A DNA stretch of 64,000 nucleotides, from the NCBI GenBank assembly GCA_035221665.1, contig CM069152.1:14198001-14262000 (forward strand), in the 5' to 3' direction. Numbering within the stretch: the stretch's first letter is position 1; the number at the start of each line of letters is the position of its first letter. This DNA is from Okamejei kenojei (Eukaryota). Shown piece by piece: positions 62,748 to 64,000 of the stretch. The notes beneath the pieces were generated by a model, which was not told the DNA's origin, did not search any database, and saw nothing but the letters and a program-made list of their open reading frames with translations. The position numbers and the translations under genes were made by a program.

Positions 62748-64000
62748 AGAGATATTAGTAGTAAGCACAAGGTAGTGATTGTGGGAGATTTCAATTTTCC
62801 AAAAATAGACTGGGAAACACATTCTGTAAATGGGCTGGATGGTTTGGAGTTTGTAAAATGTGTGCAGGATAGTTTTTTGCAGCAGTACATAGAGGTATCG
62901 ACCAGAGAAGGGGCAGTGCTGGACCTCCTGTTAGGAAATGAGGCAGGTCAGGTGACGGAGGTATGCGTTGGTGAGCACTTCGGGACCAGTGATCACAATA
63001 CCATTAGTTTCAATATAATTATGGAGAGAGTCAGAACTGGACCTAGGGTGGAGATTTTTGATTGGAGAAAGGCTAACTTTGAGGGAATGCGTAAGGATTT
63101 TAAAGGAGTGAATTGGGACACTTTGTTTCATGGGAAGGATGTAGAAGAGAAATGGAGGACATTTAAAGGGGAAATTGTAAGAGTACAGAATCTTTATGTC
63201 CCTGTTAGGTTGAAAGGAAATAGTAAAAATTGGAAAGAGCCATGGTTTTCAAGGGAAATTGGACACTTGTTTCGAAAAAAGAGAGATATCTACAATAATT
63301 ATAGGAGGCATGGAGTAAATGAGGTGCTAGAGGAGTATAAAGAATGTAAAAAGAATCTTAAGAAAGAAATTAGGAAGGCTAAAAGAAGATATGAGGTTGC
63401 TTTGGCAAGAAAGGTGAAAGTAAACCCAAAGGGTTTCTACAGCTATATTAATAGCAAAAGGATAACGAGGGATAAAATTGGACCATTAGAGAACCAGAAT
63501 GGACAGCTATCTGCAGAGCCAAAAGAGATGGGGGAGATATTGAACAATTTATTTTCTTCGGTATTCACCAAGGAGAAGGATATTGAACTCGGTGAGTTAA
63601 GGGGAAAGAGTAGAGTAGCTATGGAAACTATGAGATTCAAAGAGGAGGAAGTACTGACACTTTTGAAAAATATAAAAGTGGATAAGTCTCCAGGTCCTGA
63701 CAGGATATTCCCTAGGACATTGAGGAAAGTTACTGTAGAAATAGCAGGAGCTATGACAGAAATATTTCAAATGTCATTAGAAACGGGAATAGTGCCGGAG
63801 GATTGGCGTACTGCGCATGTTGGTTCCATTGTTTAAAAAGGGTTCAAAGAATAAACCTAGCAATTATAGACCTATTAGTTTGATGTCAGTGGTGGGCAAA
63901 TTAATGGAAAGGATACTTAGAGATAATATATATAAGCATCTGGATAAACAGGGTCTGATCAGGAACAGTCAACATGGATTTGTGCCTGGAAGGTCATGTT
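62748..64000 (+). mobile_element. CR1-clade LINE ORF2 (endonuclease C-half, linker, start of RT), runs off window
   Basis: VIVGDFNFPKIDW, LDLLL, GTSDHNTI, KSPGPDRIFPRTL, VPEDWR; frameshift near 63822. Confidence 0.95.

Noticed and set aside
62703-63836. 377-aa ORF as a host gene
   Set aside because: It is CR1 ORF2 with a fortuitous upstream ATG and a frameshift before the RT domain.

Overview
Vertebrate nuclear DNA, most likely a cartilaginous fish (skate/ray-like, inferred from its CR1/HER1-type LINEs, V-SINE/HE1-like SINEs and Penelope-type repeats). The main gene is a complete minus-strand KCTD5 (BTB/POZ Cullin-3 adaptor). It has six coding exons (55073-55291, 34704-34812, 34350-34441, 32336-32431, 15147-15272, 10331-10360; 223 aa), a GC-AG intron 2 and a GC-rich tandem-repeat promoter/5' region. 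Two extra exon-like segments were found by hand: a diverged duplicate of exon 5 (28567-28725) and a 64-nt acidic cassette exon flanked by four UGCAUG Rbfox motifs (12519-12582). Together they suggest a splicing switch of the C-terminal domain. Three phase-compatible exons at 3.6-6.6 kb suggest the 3' end of an unidentified convergent plus-strand gene. The rest is rich in mobile elements: CR1, L2, L1, Rex1/Babar, SINEs, two solo LTRs, hAT and Tc1 pieces, and a 33-bp micro-MITE with a perfect 8-bp target-site duplication (TSD). There are also many ~50-220 bp Penelope-derived insertions with TSDs, several carrying a minimal hammerhead ribozyme core. All coordinates were counted by hand, repeat boundaries are approximate, and no database search was run.
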